Shown: piece by piece, positions 8,959-19,272 of the stretch | Layout of the letters: each line of letters starts with the position of its first letter | Position numbering within the stretch: the stretch's first letter is position 1 | Source of the DNA: Candidatus Poribacteria bacterium | GTDB lineage: Bacteria; Poribacteria; WGA-4E; UBA9662 | Direction of reading: 5' to 3' | DNA length: 32,700 nucleotides | Assembly (NCBI GenBank): GCA_046582655.1 | Contig: JAYGDX010000358.1 | Coordinates: 1 to 32,700, forward strand | The notes under the pieces: model-generated | What the model was told of the DNA's origin: nothing | Databases searched by the model: none | What the model saw: the letters and a program-made list of their open reading frames with translations, nothing else | Program-made: the position numbers and the translations under genes

Positions 8959-11697
8959 ATGAGGAAAGAAAGGTTTAAATTGAAAATCTTCTACTCGGCA
9001 TCGTTTCTCGGATTCCTTCTGTTATTATTAAACAGTTCTTACCTCGCTAGCTTTGGGACTCCATCCCTTTTCTATATTTCAAATGTTTTTATCCACATCT
9101 TGATTGGTATCGGGTTGATCCCATTTTTCACTTTATTTGTTAGCCGATCATTTGCCGATATGCTCCATATCGGCAAAATAGCTATTGTTTTATTAATAAC
9201 CGGCATAATCTCTGGTCTATGGCTAATGGTTGTGGGGGCGACTACACCCAATCGGTGGCTCTTGATTAGCCATATTGTGGTGACAACGGTTGGATCAATT
9301 CTTTTGATTCTCCATTTTATCTGGTATCGGGTTAGCTTTATCAGGCATTCATTCACAAAGATCGCCGGGGTTACACTTGCCGTTGCCCTCATTTTTCCAG
9401 TTGTCGTGAAGATCTACCGAAACTATGTACCTGAAAGTGATTACTTGGTACAGAATCCAATCCATGACATACCGACAAGTATGTACGAGGAGGGAGGAGG
9501 AACAAATAGCCCTTTCTTTCCATCTTCTGCTGAAACCGCTACCGGAAATTTAATCCCGACAGATTTTTTCCTCACCTCAAAAACCTGTGCTGAAAAGGGA
9601 TGTCACCCTGATGTATACCGCCAATGGAATGAGTCGGCACATCATTTTTCTTCATTCAACAACCAATGGTATCGTAAGTCGGTTATGTATATGCAGGACG
9701 TAAATGGGATTCAGTCGTCCAAATGGTGTGGTGGTTGTCATGATCCCGCAATTATGTTCAACGGCATAATGGATCGCCCAATCCGAGAAAATATGCACAC
9801 GCCCGCAGCACAAGCTGGATTGGCATGTACAGCTTGTCACTCAATTGAACGGGTTAAAGACACAATGGGTAATGGTGGCTACATAATCAAGTATCCGCCG
9901 CTACACGATATAGCCGCTAGTCAGAACAAGGTTGTGAGAAAATTGCACAACTACATCATTAAGCTTGATCCAGAACCACACCGAAGAAGTTTCATTAAGC
10001 CTTTTCATCGTGAAAATACCGCTGAATTCTGCTCAACCTGTCATAAGGTCCATCTGGATAAACCTGTCAACAATTTCCGATGGTTTCGAGGATTTAATAC
10101 CTACGATCAATGGCAAACAAGCGGTGTTTCACACCAAGGTGCATTATCATTCTACTATCCTGACCAGCCAAAGAAATGTGTCGATTGCCACATGCCTCTT
10201 GTGCCATCAAAAGACGCGGGAAACAAACGAGGTAAGATCAAAAGCCACAGGTTCGTGGGGGCAAATACAGCTCTTCCATACGTAAACAAACATCCGGATC
10301 AACTTGAAGCGGTTACGAATTTTCTGCAGGACGATAAAGTGACGATTGACATTTTCGCTCTGGTGAATGAAAACAAAATAACTGCTCCAATCGGGCAGTC
10401 AAATGCAAAAGCGTTTCCTGGTGACGATGTACGTGTTGATGTTGTCGTCCGTACACGTGGTGTTGGGCACCATTTTCCTGCCGGTACAATTGACGCATTT
10501 GATATTTGGTTGGAGTTAAAAGCAACCGATGAAGACGGAAAGATCATTTTCTGGAATGGAATGATTGATGCCAAAGATGGCAAAAATGGGCCGGTTGATC
10601 CAAACGCGCACTTTTATAAATCACACTTAATTGATGAACATGGAAATCATATTAATAAAAGGAATGCTTGGGCCGCTCGCACCATACTTTACTCCCGTAC
10701 AATTCCACCAGGCGCGGCGGATACGGTGCGTTATCGCCTGATAATCCCAGAGGACTGTGGTAAGCGTATAACCCTTCAAGCCAAACTCAATTACCGTAAG
10801 TTTAATTGGTGGTTGACGCAATGGTCATACGCAGGTGTACGGGATCCTGATCATACGGATTTTCAAGTAGACAAAGGCTACGATAATGGCAAATGGGTGT
10901 TTACAGGTAATACCTCTCAGGTAGCTGGAGAGATTAAAGAGATTCCCAATCCACCAATTGTAGTTATATCAGAGGATCAAGCCACGCTAGAAATCGTGCA
11001 AACTGATTCTGTTTCGACTGATTCAACTGAATTGAAAACCAAATCTGATGTACGAGATCAAGAGCGTTGGAATGATTATGGTATTGGTTTACTCAGACAA
11101 GGAGATCTTAAGGGAGCGGAAGCCGCTTTTCTCAAAGTTGTCAAAATCAACCCCAACTATATGGATGGTTATGTTAATATCGCACGTTGCCGAATCAAGG
11201 AAGGTAACCATAGCAGTGCCGAAGAGGTACTTAAAAAAGCAGAAGAACTTAAACAAAATTTGGATCCTAAAGATCCAAATCGGGCTAAAGTAGATTATTT
11301 CTATGCATTGACGCAAAAGTCGCAGGGGAGATACGATGTTGCTCTTAAACATCTGCGTATGGCATCAGAACAATTTCCAAGGGATAAACGGGTCCGAAAC
11401 GAAATAGGCCGTCTCCTTTATCTTGAACGGCGTTATGCCGAAGCGGTTACAGAGTTTCAGAAGACGCTCGAAGTTGATCCGGAAGATGTTGACGCGCATT
11501 ACCACTTAATGCTAAGTTATCATGCGCTAAAGGATCAGTTAAAAGCCGTCAAAGCACAGAAACTCTACCTTCGTTTTAAATTAGATGAGTCCGTTGATCC
11601 AATTACAGGTATTGGACGTCGAGCTAACCCCTTCGCAAACATGGAACGCCAAAAGATACGGGAACATCTTTCTTCGATTGCCAGCTATCAGTATTAA
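8959..11697 (+). CDS. Membrane-anchored multiheme c-type cytochrome (c554/c552-like) fused to C-terminal TPR repeats
   Basis: About 5 N-terminal TM helices; CxxCH motifs at 9727, 9826, 10030 and 10177, plus CAEKGCH at 9586; 'VGHHFPAG'; TPR helices such as 'WNDYGIGLLRQGDLKGAEAAF' and 'AVTEFQKTLEVDPEDVDAHYHL'. Confidence 0.85.
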   Translation: MRKERFKLKIFYSASFLGFLLLLLNSSYLASFGTPSLFYISNVFIHILIGIGLIPFFTLFVSRSFADMLHIGKIAIVLLITGIISGLWLMVVGATTPNRWLLISHIVVTTVGSILLILHFIWYRVSFIRHSFTKIAGVTLAVALIFPVVVKIYRNYVPESDYLVQNPIHDIPTSMYEEGGGTNSPFFPSSAETATGNLIPTDFFLTSKTCAEKGCHPDVYRQWNESAHHFSSFNNQWYRKSVMYMQDVNGIQSSKWCGGCHDPAIMFNGIMDRPIRENMHTPAAQAGLACTACHSIERVKDTMGNGGYIIKYPPLHDIAASQNKVVRKLHNYIIKLDPEPHRRSFIKPFHRENTAEFCSTCHKVHLDKPVNNFRWFRGFNTYDQWQTSGVSHQGALSFYYPDQPKKCVDCHMPLVPSKDAGNKRGKIKSHRFVGANTALPYVNKHPDQLEAVTNFLQDDKVTIDIFALVNENKITAPIGQSNAKAFPGDDVRVDVVVRTRGVGHHFPAGTIDAFDIWLELKATDEDGKIIFWNGMIDAKDGKNGPVDPNAHFYKSHLIDEHGNHINKRNAWAARTILYSRTIPPGAADTVRYRLIIPEDCGKRITLQAKLNYRKFNWWLTQWSYAGVRDPDHTDFQVDKGYDNGKWVFTGNTSQVAGEIKEIPNPPIVVISEDQATLEIVQTDSVSTDSTELKTKSDVRDQERWNDYGIGLLRQGDLKGAEAAFLKVVKINPNYMDGYVNIARCRIKEGNHSSAEEVLKKAEELKQNLDPKDPNRAKVDYFYALTQKSQGRYDVALKHLRMASEQFPRDKRVRNEIGRLLYLERRYAEAVTEFQKTLEVDPEDVDAHYHLMLSYHALKDQLKAVKAQKLYLRFKLDESVDPITGIGRRANPFANMERQKIREHLSSIASYQY

Positions 11698-11810
11698 AAT
11701 TAAACAAGATATCAACCTAAATTTAGTCCTGTGTGGCAAAGACGCGTTACATATATTAAAAACATTATTCTTTATGGAATTCTTAACATTTTTTGATGAT
11801 GAGGTCTAAG

Positions 11811-12830
11811 ATGCCAGAAAAACACGAAAAATACAGGGTGGGTATTATCGGCTGTTCCGGAGTCGGTACGAGGCATGCCGTAGGTCTAGTTGGACTACCA
11901 AACGTTGAATTGGTAGCCGGAGCAGATCTGGTACAAAACACACTGGATAGTTTTAAAGAAAAGTTTAGCGAACATTCGGACAACATCTCGGTTTACAGGG
12001 ATTATCAAGAGATGTTACTTCAAGAGAATCTTGATATCCTAACCGTCGCGACCTCGGACCATCGGCATACCGATCCAGTTGTTAATGCGGCAACGATTGG
12101 CGTCAAAGGGATTTTCTGTGAAAAGCCGTTAGCAACGCGATTGATCGATGCAGACCGGATGATTGAAGCCGTAAATGAAAACCAAGTCATTTTGTCGATT
12201 GATCACACACGTAGATGGCAACCGTTATGGGTTCATACCAAAGAACTGGTCTCAGAAGACGAAATTGGCGATATACATTACGTCATCGGAACACTCGGTG
12301 GTGGCCGAGCTATGTTGTTTCGCAATGGAACCCATCTTATCGATATGATCTGTTATTTTGCTGGTTCCAAACCGGCATGGGTATCTGCTGAATTAGAGGA
12401 AGGATATGAAGACTACACCGAATATAATGGCGACGGCGGCCATGCCCCAAAAACCGAACCTTCAGCGCACGGTTACATCCACTTTGAGAATGGAGTCAGG
12501 GGATTTTACGCAGGGGGACCAAAAACCACACCATCCCGTTTCAGCTTAGAAATTGTTGGTTCATCAGGTTATATTATCATTAATGATCAGGAAGCAAAGG
12601 TATATAAAGATGGTGAGGTAACTCCGATTTCGGCTCCGCAGTGGGATGTGGTTGGTATAGAAGCCGGTGTCCAGAACTTAGTTCAACTGGTTGACCAGGG
12701 AGGAAAGCCAGTATCTTCAGGAAACGAAGCGCTTAAGACAGTCGAGATAATGATTGGTTTTTTGGAGTCACAACGCCACCACAATACTAAAATCAACCTC
12801 GCAAGAGTACGAAGAAGAATGCCTGGGTAA
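11811..12830 (+). CDS. Gfo/Idh/MocA family oxidoreductase
   Basis: 'RVGIIGCSGVG', 'IFCEKPLA' and 'GTHLIDM'. ATG 11811 is preceded by GAGGT; alternative ATGs lie at 11796/11799. Confidence 0.92.
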   Translation: MPEKHEKYRVGIIGCSGVGTRHAVGLVGLPNVELVAGADLVQNTLDSFKEKFSEHSDNISVYRDYQEMLLQENLDILTVATSDHRHTDPVVNAATIGVKGIFCEKPLATRLIDADRMIEAVNENQVILSIDHTRRWQPLWVHTKELVSEDEIGDIHYVIGTLGGGRAMLFRNGTHLIDMICYFAGSKPAWVSAELEEGYEDYTEYNGDGGHAPKTEPSAHGYIHFENGVRGFYAGGPKTTPSRFSLEIVGSSGYIIINDQEAKVYKDGEVTPISAPQWDVVGIEAGVQNLVQLVDQGGKPVSSGNEALKTVEIMIGFLESQRHHNTKINLARVRRRMPG

Positions 12831-13359
12831 GATTCTTAATATCTTCCGAGGCATTGGCAAGATTGTTGACAGCGTTTTTGGCCACTTCAAAGTAAACAGG
12901 ACCGGCAATCGTTGAATCTTTATCCGTGATTTGCTTAAAGTCCTTGAGTGTTAAAACACCATATTCTGCAGGCGTTGTTGTTATAGCGTGTGCTGTCCTG
13001 ATAGCCTTGTCCAAGACAAGCGCGAATTCCCCAAGACCGAATGCTGGTGACTGCACCACAGGAACAGTTGCCTCGGTCTCCGGAACAGAAGCAGGTTTTG
13101 GATCTGTTGTCTCCAGCCGGATGATTGCCTTATGAGACACCTCAAACCCATCTTTCGTCCGAATGGTGAAATCTTTTGCCACTTCAACCTGCCCACGAAA
13201 GACGAGAATCATCGTATCGCCAAATTCACCTTCCTTTAGCAATGTCTCATCGGCTGAACATTCGGTGATTTCAACCACCTCGGCTATGTCGGCACACTGT
13301 TGATCTATCAATGATGAGAAAAAATTTATTTTTTTAATTTGTTCTGCTGTAGCTTTCAT
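12793..13359 (-). CDS. Stand-alone cyclic nucleotide-binding domain protein
   Basis: 'INFFSSL', '[21 protein letters not shown]' and the phosphate-binding cassette 'GEFALV....RTAHA'. No C-terminal HTH. Confidence 0.85.
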   Translation of the reverse strand: MKATAEQIKKINFFSSLIDQQCADIAEVVEITECSADETLLKEGEFGDTMILVFRGQVEVAKDFTIRTKDGFEVSHKAIIRLETTDPKPASVPETEATVPVVQSPAFGLGEFALVLDKAIRTAHAITTTPAEYGVLTLKDFKQITDKDSTIAGPVYFEVAKNAVNNLANASEDIKNLTQAFFFVLLRG

Positions 13360-14774
13360 ACTGATTCCACGTTCCGATTATTCATTAAGACCACACAACG
13401 ATTTTTTGCACTCACCTGGTAATCGTCGCTTGGGTTAATTTCAAGTTCCATTTTTTCCTCACTAGACAGCTTAATTCCGGACTGTTGCAATTGTTCCGTG
13501 ATCATTTGACGAATTAGAGGATCACCAGTTTCACCCATTTCGTCCTCGAGGTTAAACCCAGACGCTTGAACTGTGTATCCAAGAAGTAAGGCGCTGAAAT
13601 TTTCCTTGAAATAACTAAAAACATTTAGGTGTGTGGAATCTATCAATAAAGGCGGCACATCAACAATTTCAAGTCTGTGCCCGTTACCACCCACCGCACC
13701 AATTTGTTCAACCGTCTGTGGCACACCCGGATTAAGAATATGATTGGTGATGATGTCAGGCGTGTATTCATTAGTCAGAACAACCTCATCGCAACCCGCC
13801 TGCACAAGTTGCTCTTTCAGTTCTGAATTGGATATATGAGCAATCAACCGAACGTTGTTAGTAATCGACCTTACAGCAAATACCGCTAGTGGAATGACAT
13901 TTTCGTCTGCCGAATCTTCAGAAGTCAATCCCGATCTATCTGGGACCAGAATCATATTTTCTGCTTGATCTATAATCGCTTTTTCCAGAACCACTTCTTG
14001 GGTATACCGGCCACTGAGATGGGTAATATCGAGACGGTCAAAGTTTTCTACTGCCCTTTTAATTTCGTCCCGTGGCATTTCATTTATCAGGATGATTAAT
14101 GGTGCTCCACCAATTACTACTGGTTTTGTACTCTCTTCGGTTTGCATCACCTTCAGAATATCCTCTACCATCGGGTTCCAACCTGCAATGATAGTGTGCT
14201 CTTTAAACTTATTCTGATCCAATGTATCATCCTCCCTTAACGCAACCTCAACCAAAAATGATGCCACAACACCCGAAAGCAAAATTGCCCAGAAGAAGCT
14301 GGACAGCATAATTATAGCGCCAAAAAACTTACCTAAATGCGTGACGGGGCTCACGTCCCCATAACCGACAGTGGTGAAAGTCACAAGCGACCACCATAAA
14401 GTATGGAAAAAAGTGTCTAAGGCCTTAACCTCACTTTGATCAATACCAAGGTGACCGGCAACACCACTGGCATAGTTGTCATATTCGAAAAAAAACATAA
14501 GCAACGAGGCAACCAGAACGAGAGCTATTGTACCAGCAGTATATTTAACAAAACCCGTTTTAACGATTTCCCTCAGCCGATGACCAAGTGCATGTCCTTC
14601 ATCTGCACTTGCAGCTGGGCGCGCTAACGGCGGTGGTTGCGCACGAACCTTAGTGGCATCCTGCGGGACTAGACTCTCAGCACCACACTTTTTGCACTTT
14701 GCTTTTCGACCAGCCTCAAGATATAAGACAGTTACATCCATCTCACAGCTGGGACAGCTATACCTTAATGCCAT
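13356..14774 (-). CDS. Potassium channel (pore + RCK domain) with an N-terminal zinc ribbon
   Basis: Pore helix and filter '[15 protein letters not shown]'; RCK 'HTIIAGWN' and 'AGCDEVV'; N-terminal CPSC...CKKC. Its stop overlaps the next start (ATGA at 13356-13359). Confidence 0.9.
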   Translation of the reverse strand: MALRYSCPSCEMDVTVLYLEAGRKAKCKKCGAESLVPQDATKVRAQPPPLARPAASADEGHALGHRLREIVKTGFVKYTAGTIALVLVASLLMFFFEYDNYASGVAGHLGIDQSEVKALDTFFHTLWWSLVTFTTVGYGDVSPVTHLGKFFGAIIMLSSFFWAILLSGVVASFLVEVALREDDTLDQNKFKEHTIIAGWNPMVEDILKVMQTEESTKPVVIGGAPLIILINEMPRDEIKRAVENFDRLDITHLSGRYTQEVVLEKAIIDQAENMILVPDRSGLTSEDSADENVIPLAVFAVRSITNNVRLIAHISNSELKEQLVQAGCDEVVLTNEYTPDIITNHILNPGVPQTVEQIGAVGGNGHRLEIVDVPPLLIDSTHLNVFSYFKENFSALLLGYTVQASGFNLEDEMGETGDPLIRQMITEQLQQSGIKLSSEEKMELEINPSDDYQVSAKNRCVVLMNNRNVESV

Positions 14775-14837
14775 GAAACTTTCCTATTTCTAAGCCCTAC
14801 AATTACGCCTTTGACGCTTGCAACATAACATGCTTCG

Positions 14838-14867
14838 ACTTTAGCATAGTCCATTAACTTTTGTCAA
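14838..14867 (-). promoter_or_regulatory. Predicted sigma70 promoter for the K+ channel operon
   Basis: Minus strand TTGACA (14867-14862), 18 bp, then TAAAGT (14843-14838) with an extended TG. Confidence 0.45.
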
Positions 14868-15000
14868 TAAATTTCTCACGGTAAAATATAGAAACCGTGC
14901 CCCGAAAATAAGAAGAACAATTGACTAAGCAACTAGGCTTGTTCCATGGATCTATCCAAGTGTATAGGGAATATACTGTTTGTATTGTTGTTCCTAAATC

Positions 15001-15029
15001 TTGACATTAAAGTGTTAGAACAATAAAAT
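15001..15029 (+). promoter_or_regulatory. Predicted sigma70 promoter for the TPR-VWA operon
   Basis: TTGACA (15001-15006), 17 bp, then TAAAAT (15024-15029); near consensus. Confidence 0.65.
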
Positions 15030-15201
15030 ACTATAGCCTTAGTATTAATGGGTTTCCAAGTGTGATCAAGTCAATGAGAGCGGGTAGCTGAAAAAATCAA
15101 GTTAATTTGGAATCCAGAGGTAAAGACTCTTAAAATATCTTAAACCTTCGCGCAGGAATTCATAACCAAGCTCAATATTCAAAACAGGGGTAAATTTCAC
15201 C

Positions 15202-18200
15202 TTGAATAAACAGATGCGAAATCAGGTGTTTGTACTGATTATTTTTCTATTCCTTGGTGACGTAAAAGCACATTCCTGTTTTTCCACCCTAGGCCGCGGT
15301 GATTTATACACAATCGAGTCTCTAATCCAACTATCTGATGTCGTTTCTCCAAGTGCTGATGGCAGTTACGAAATCCATACAGATATCCAGATTTCAAATG
15401 GTGTTAAACCCGACATCCTCAAGCTCGAACCAGGAACTTCCTTGAAATTTGTTCAGGGTGCCACACTTAGGATAGATGGGATCCTCATTGCTGTTGGTAC
15501 TGAATCAGCACCGATCACTTTCAAAGCCGTTTCAGACAGATGGACTGGTATCACATTCAGCAGTAAAGCTGAGAGTAACGCTTGTATTCTTCAAAATGTA
15601 AAGATTGAGAATGCCCAAATCGGAGTCTCCTGTCAGCGAGCTGCACCCCAGATTACCAGCAGCCAAATCGATAGTTGTTACCAGCACGCTATTTCGGTAT
15701 TTTCATCAACTCTAACAGTGTCAGGAAACAGATTTTTCAATCACAGGGGGAGCACGCTGATTCATGTCGACTCCAGCCAAGCTGACATTAGCCATAACGT
15801 CTTTGACCTACAGGATTGGCAGACAGCAATCCGATTAATTAAATCTAATTCGCGCATTAGTTTCAATCAGTTCAACGGAGGGAAAACAGCTATCAGTTTT
15901 CGGCACGCAACATCTCAGATAGAACGCAATCATATTTCACATTGCAAAGTCGGTATTTACGCGGATCAAAGCGTCCCAGCAATCCGACAGAATCAGATTT
16001 TTTCTACCCAGACAGCTATTAGCATTTGGAACTGCAACGAGGGTTCTATTGATAAAAATGTCATTGAGCAGAGTAGATACGGTATTTACAGTAAAAATTC
16101 AAATCTGATTATGGATAAAGAACCGATCTCAATTGACGAAAAACGACATACGCGACAACAGCCGAAACCGGTTCCAGCAATAGACTTGTTCCATAGATCT
16201 ATCCAACGCATAACGAAGCCCAAAACAATACAGAGGCCTGACACCCAAAACTGGAAAGTTGAAAGGCAATCTAAAACCAAACAGCCAGATCCGAAGATAG
16301 ATTCAGAGGAATCGGCTAAGATGAATCAGATCATGGCCAATCTTTTCTCTGTCGGCAGATCTCATTTCAAAAAAAAGAGGTACGATCAAGCATTGGCAGC
16401 CTACAGTCGTCTTCTTGATCTTGTTGCTGGCGATGAAGAAGAACTGGCTAACGTTTATTATCATCGTGCCTTAACCCATTACGAATTGGGGAATTATAAC
16501 CAAGCAATTGAGGATGTGCAGCTGGTTCTAGGCTTGGATCCAGCTCAGGAAATTGAGTTGCCCGCCAAGTTAATTCTGGCAAAAAGCGCAACCCAGACTA
16601 ACATGGTTGAGTTGGCTGAAAAAACGTTTCGGGAACTAAAAAGCACCGATCAGTATTACCAGTCAAGCCTAATTGAACTGGTCAACCTTTATGAAAAAAA
16701 CAAACTCTATCAGAAAGCAGTTCAGTCCCTTGAAGAGCTGTCACTTGTACTCGTAGAACGCCAAACTCTGATTGCCACGATTATGCGTATGTCTGATATT
16801 TGTTATCAACAACGGAATTATCCAAAAGCAATCGGATACTATCAAGAATTGATCGAGAATTTTCCGGAAGCTAAAGATTTGGATGCAGTCCAGTATGCTA
16901 TCGGTGAATGCTGGAATGCTGAAGGTGAAAGGCAAAAAGCTATTTTGGCCTACGAAAAGATCATCGATAATTACCCCGATTCCAAACTGGCAATCTCAGC
17001 CAAATGGAATGTAGCAACTTTGAACCATCAGATCGATAGGAAAGAAGATGCCTTCCGCTACGCTAAACAAATTATTGATCAATACCCTCAATCATCAGTT
17101 TCAAGTGATCAGCAGATTGTTTACGCCGCTCGGAATTTGGCAACTAAGCTGTTGCTTGAGGATACAACACTTGCACTAGATCCCAACTCTTTGCTGATTG
17201 AAAACCTAGTGGCAGTTACTGATTTTCCGCTAGCAACCGCAGAGGCTAGGTCCAACGCACTCTTTGAACTCGGCAATTTATACGCCACCACAAAAAATTT
17301 TGATAAGGCTATTTCAACCTATGAAAAAGCAAAGAAAGAGACGCAATCGGGCGAAATCCAAAACACTATTCTGTTTCGTTTAGCCATAATCCATTTCAAC
17401 CTTGAAGATTACGAAAAATTTATCCCTGCCGCATCGAAATTGCTTGAGTCTGACCTTGATGATGAAAAGACATTGCAATTATTTTTCCGGCTCGGACTAG
17501 GCCATTTGGAATTACAACAAATAGATCAAGCTAAATCAGCATTCGAACAGGCGTTATTAATACCGAATGTTTCTAGAGAGATACATACGCACGCACATTT
17601 CTATCTGGCAGGAATTCACCAAGACAATCAACAACTTGATCAAGCAAAGGCAGAATATCGTTCAGTTCTATCAGCTATAGGTGAAAACACGTCCGATCCA
17701 GTCTTTAGAAAAATTCGAACAGAATCAGCATTTCAGCTAGCGCTTCTGATCGAGGATGCGAATTTGTATGGTCAGGTTATATTAGCCAACTTGGATCCCA
17801 AAATGACGGCCATATCTCTTTATCGTCAGGCACTGTTATTCGACAAGGATAATAATAACAAAAAAGCAAAAGAGAAATTTGAATTGCTCGTCGACCGTTT
17901 CTCTGACACAATCGATTCTGAAATTCGGTCGTTGGTCGACAACGCCATTCTGCGACTAATGGATGACACTGAGGATGGGGATCAAGCGATTCCACATGCC
18001 TTAGCATCATTAGAAGTGGCCAAAAGAAAAGCGGATCCCCAGTTACTCGCACAGATCCAATTTCGGTTAGCAACATTGTATAACCAAAATGAAGATCCAT
18101 ATTCCAAATCAGTATCATTGTTCCAATCCGCATATCAAAATGCAATGAAATCCGGAGATAAAAATTTGATTAATATGACCGCATTTCAAGCAGGGCAGTC

Positions 18201-19272
18201 GGCTTACCAGAGTAATGATTTCCAAACGACTGTCAGTCGGCTTGAAAATTTTGTCGATCAGTTCCCGCAAGATCCCAAACTGATGACGGCTGTCCATTAT
18301 CTAGCTTGGTCGTATTTCTCAGTAGCGGAAAACGCTAAATCCCAAGCGGAACGCAATAAACTATTGCTACAAGCCTCAAAGCAGTTTGATTACTTAGTCA
18401 CACAAAAGGTAACCCAAGAAAGACTAGCAGATTGGATCTTTCAATCTGCCCAGGCACTGAACATGGCTGGAGAGACAACTGCAGCAATTGCCAAGTACCA
18501 ACAACTGCTGACTCGTTTTCCAAATCACAATCTGGCTGAAACGTCAGCATATGCCATCGCGAATCTACAATATTCAATCAAGCAATTCGATAACGCCTTA
18601 AAAAATTACCAGAAATTCTGTTCACAGTTTCCCAAGAGCGAATGGCTTGATGAAGCCTTTTATTCAACAGCGACATGCCACGAAAAATTGGGGCAAACCG
18701 AAAAAGCGATGAAAATTTATGGTCAAACTATCCAGCGGTTTCCCTACCTGATGGTAGCAGCAAACGCCCAAGTCAATATCGCACACCATTATTTTAACCA
18801 AAAAGCTTACGATCAAGCACTTAGTACATACCAAAAACTGACAAAAAATAATTTTCCAGCTATTACAACCAGTTTCCAGAGACAGGTTCGCCACTGGATC
18901 AGCGATACAGAAAATCTATTGGCCCAAGTACCATACCAACGGGCAATTACGGCATTCTCAAAAGCAGATACTGGTTCAGAAAATCCAAATGAGCAGGAAA
19001 AACTATTTGCCCGCCAGACAATTAAAGAGTTCAACCAACTCATCTTGGATTATCCAAATTGCGTTTACGTAGATCATGGGCTGGCTTCAATTGGGACAGC
19101 ACATGAGATTCTCGACGAATGGGAAGATGCCATTGTCGTATACAACCAGTTAATAGCACGCTACAAAAATAGCGTACCGACAGATCCAAATACAAAGAAG
19201 TTTCTGCACCACGCCCAAACGCGTCGGACAGCAATTGAAACGTTTCTATTCCAAAAAAAGAGATTTGAATGA
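15202..19272 (+). CDS. Secreted protein with an N-terminal right-handed parallel beta-helix and a very long TPR array (CpoB/BamD-like repeats)
   Basis: Signal peptide; 'LRIDGILIAVGTESAPITF...WTGI' and 'N.I.....GIY' beta-helix coils; Lys/Pro/Gln-rich linker; many TPRs with 'LIENFP', 'IIDNYPDS', 'LLTRFPNH' and 'FCSQFPKS'. Start is TTG 15202 or ATG 15214. Confidence 0.85.
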   Translation: MNKQMRNQVFVLIIFLFLGDVKAHSCFSTLGRGDLYTIESLIQLSDVVSPSADGSYEIHTDIQISNGVKPDILKLEPGTSLKFVQGATLRIDGILIAVGTESAPITFKAVSDRWTGITFSSKAESNACILQNVKIENAQIGVSCQRAAPQITSSQIDSCYQHAISVFSSTLTVSGNRFFNHRGSTLIHVDSSQADISHNVFDLQDWQTAIRLIKSNSRISFNQFNGGKTAISFRHATSQIERNHISHCKVGIYADQSVPAIRQNQIFSTQTAISIWNCNEGSIDKNVIEQSRYGIYSKNSNLIMDKEPISIDEKRHTRQQPKPVPAIDLFHRSIQRITKPKTIQRPDTQNWKVERQSKTKQPDPKIDSEESAKMNQIMANLFSVGRSHFKKKRYDQALAAYSRLLDLVAGDEEELANVYYHRALTHYELGNYNQAIEDVQLVLGLDPAQEIELPAKLILAKSATQTNMVELAEKTFRELKSTDQYYQSSLIELVNLYEKNKLYQKAVQSLEELSLVLVERQTLIATIMRMSDICYQQRNYPKAIGYYQELIENFPEAKDLDAVQYAIGECWNAEGERQKAILAYEKIIDNYPDSKLAISAKWNVATLNHQIDRKEDAFRYAKQIIDQYPQSSVSSDQQIVYAARNLATKLLLEDTTLALDPNSLLIENLVAVTDFPLATAEARSNALFELGNLYATTKNFDKAISTYEKAKKETQSGEIQNTILFRLAIIHFNLEDYEKFIPAASKLLESDLDDEKTLQLFFRLGLGHLELQQIDQAKSAFEQALLIPNVSREIHTHAHFYLAGIHQDNQQLDQAKAEYRSVLSAIGENTSDPVFRKIRTESAFQLALLIEDANLYGQVILANLDPKMTAISLYRQALLFDKDNNNKKAKEKFELLVDRFSDTIDSEIRSLVDNAILRLMDDTEDGDQAIPHALASLEVAKRKADPQLLAQIQFRLATLYNQNEDPYSKSVSLFQSAYQNAMKSGDKNLINMTAFQAGQSAYQSNDFQTTVSRLENFVDQFPQDPKLMTAVHYLAWSYFSVAENAKSQAERNKLLLQASKQFDYLVTQKVTQERLADWIFQSAQALNMAGETTAAIAKYQQLLTRFPNHNLAETSAYAIANLQYSIKQFDNALKNYQKFCSQFPKSEWLDEAFYSTATCHEKLGQTEKAMKIYGQTIQRFPYLMVAANAQVNIAHHYFNQKAYDQALSTYQKLTKNNFPAITTSFQRQVRHWISDTENLLAQVPYQRAITAFSKADTGSENPNEQEKLFARQTIKEFNQLILDYPNCVYVDHGLASIGTAHEILDEWEDAIVVYNQLIARYKNSVPTDPNTKKFLHHAQTRRTAIETFLFQKKRFE

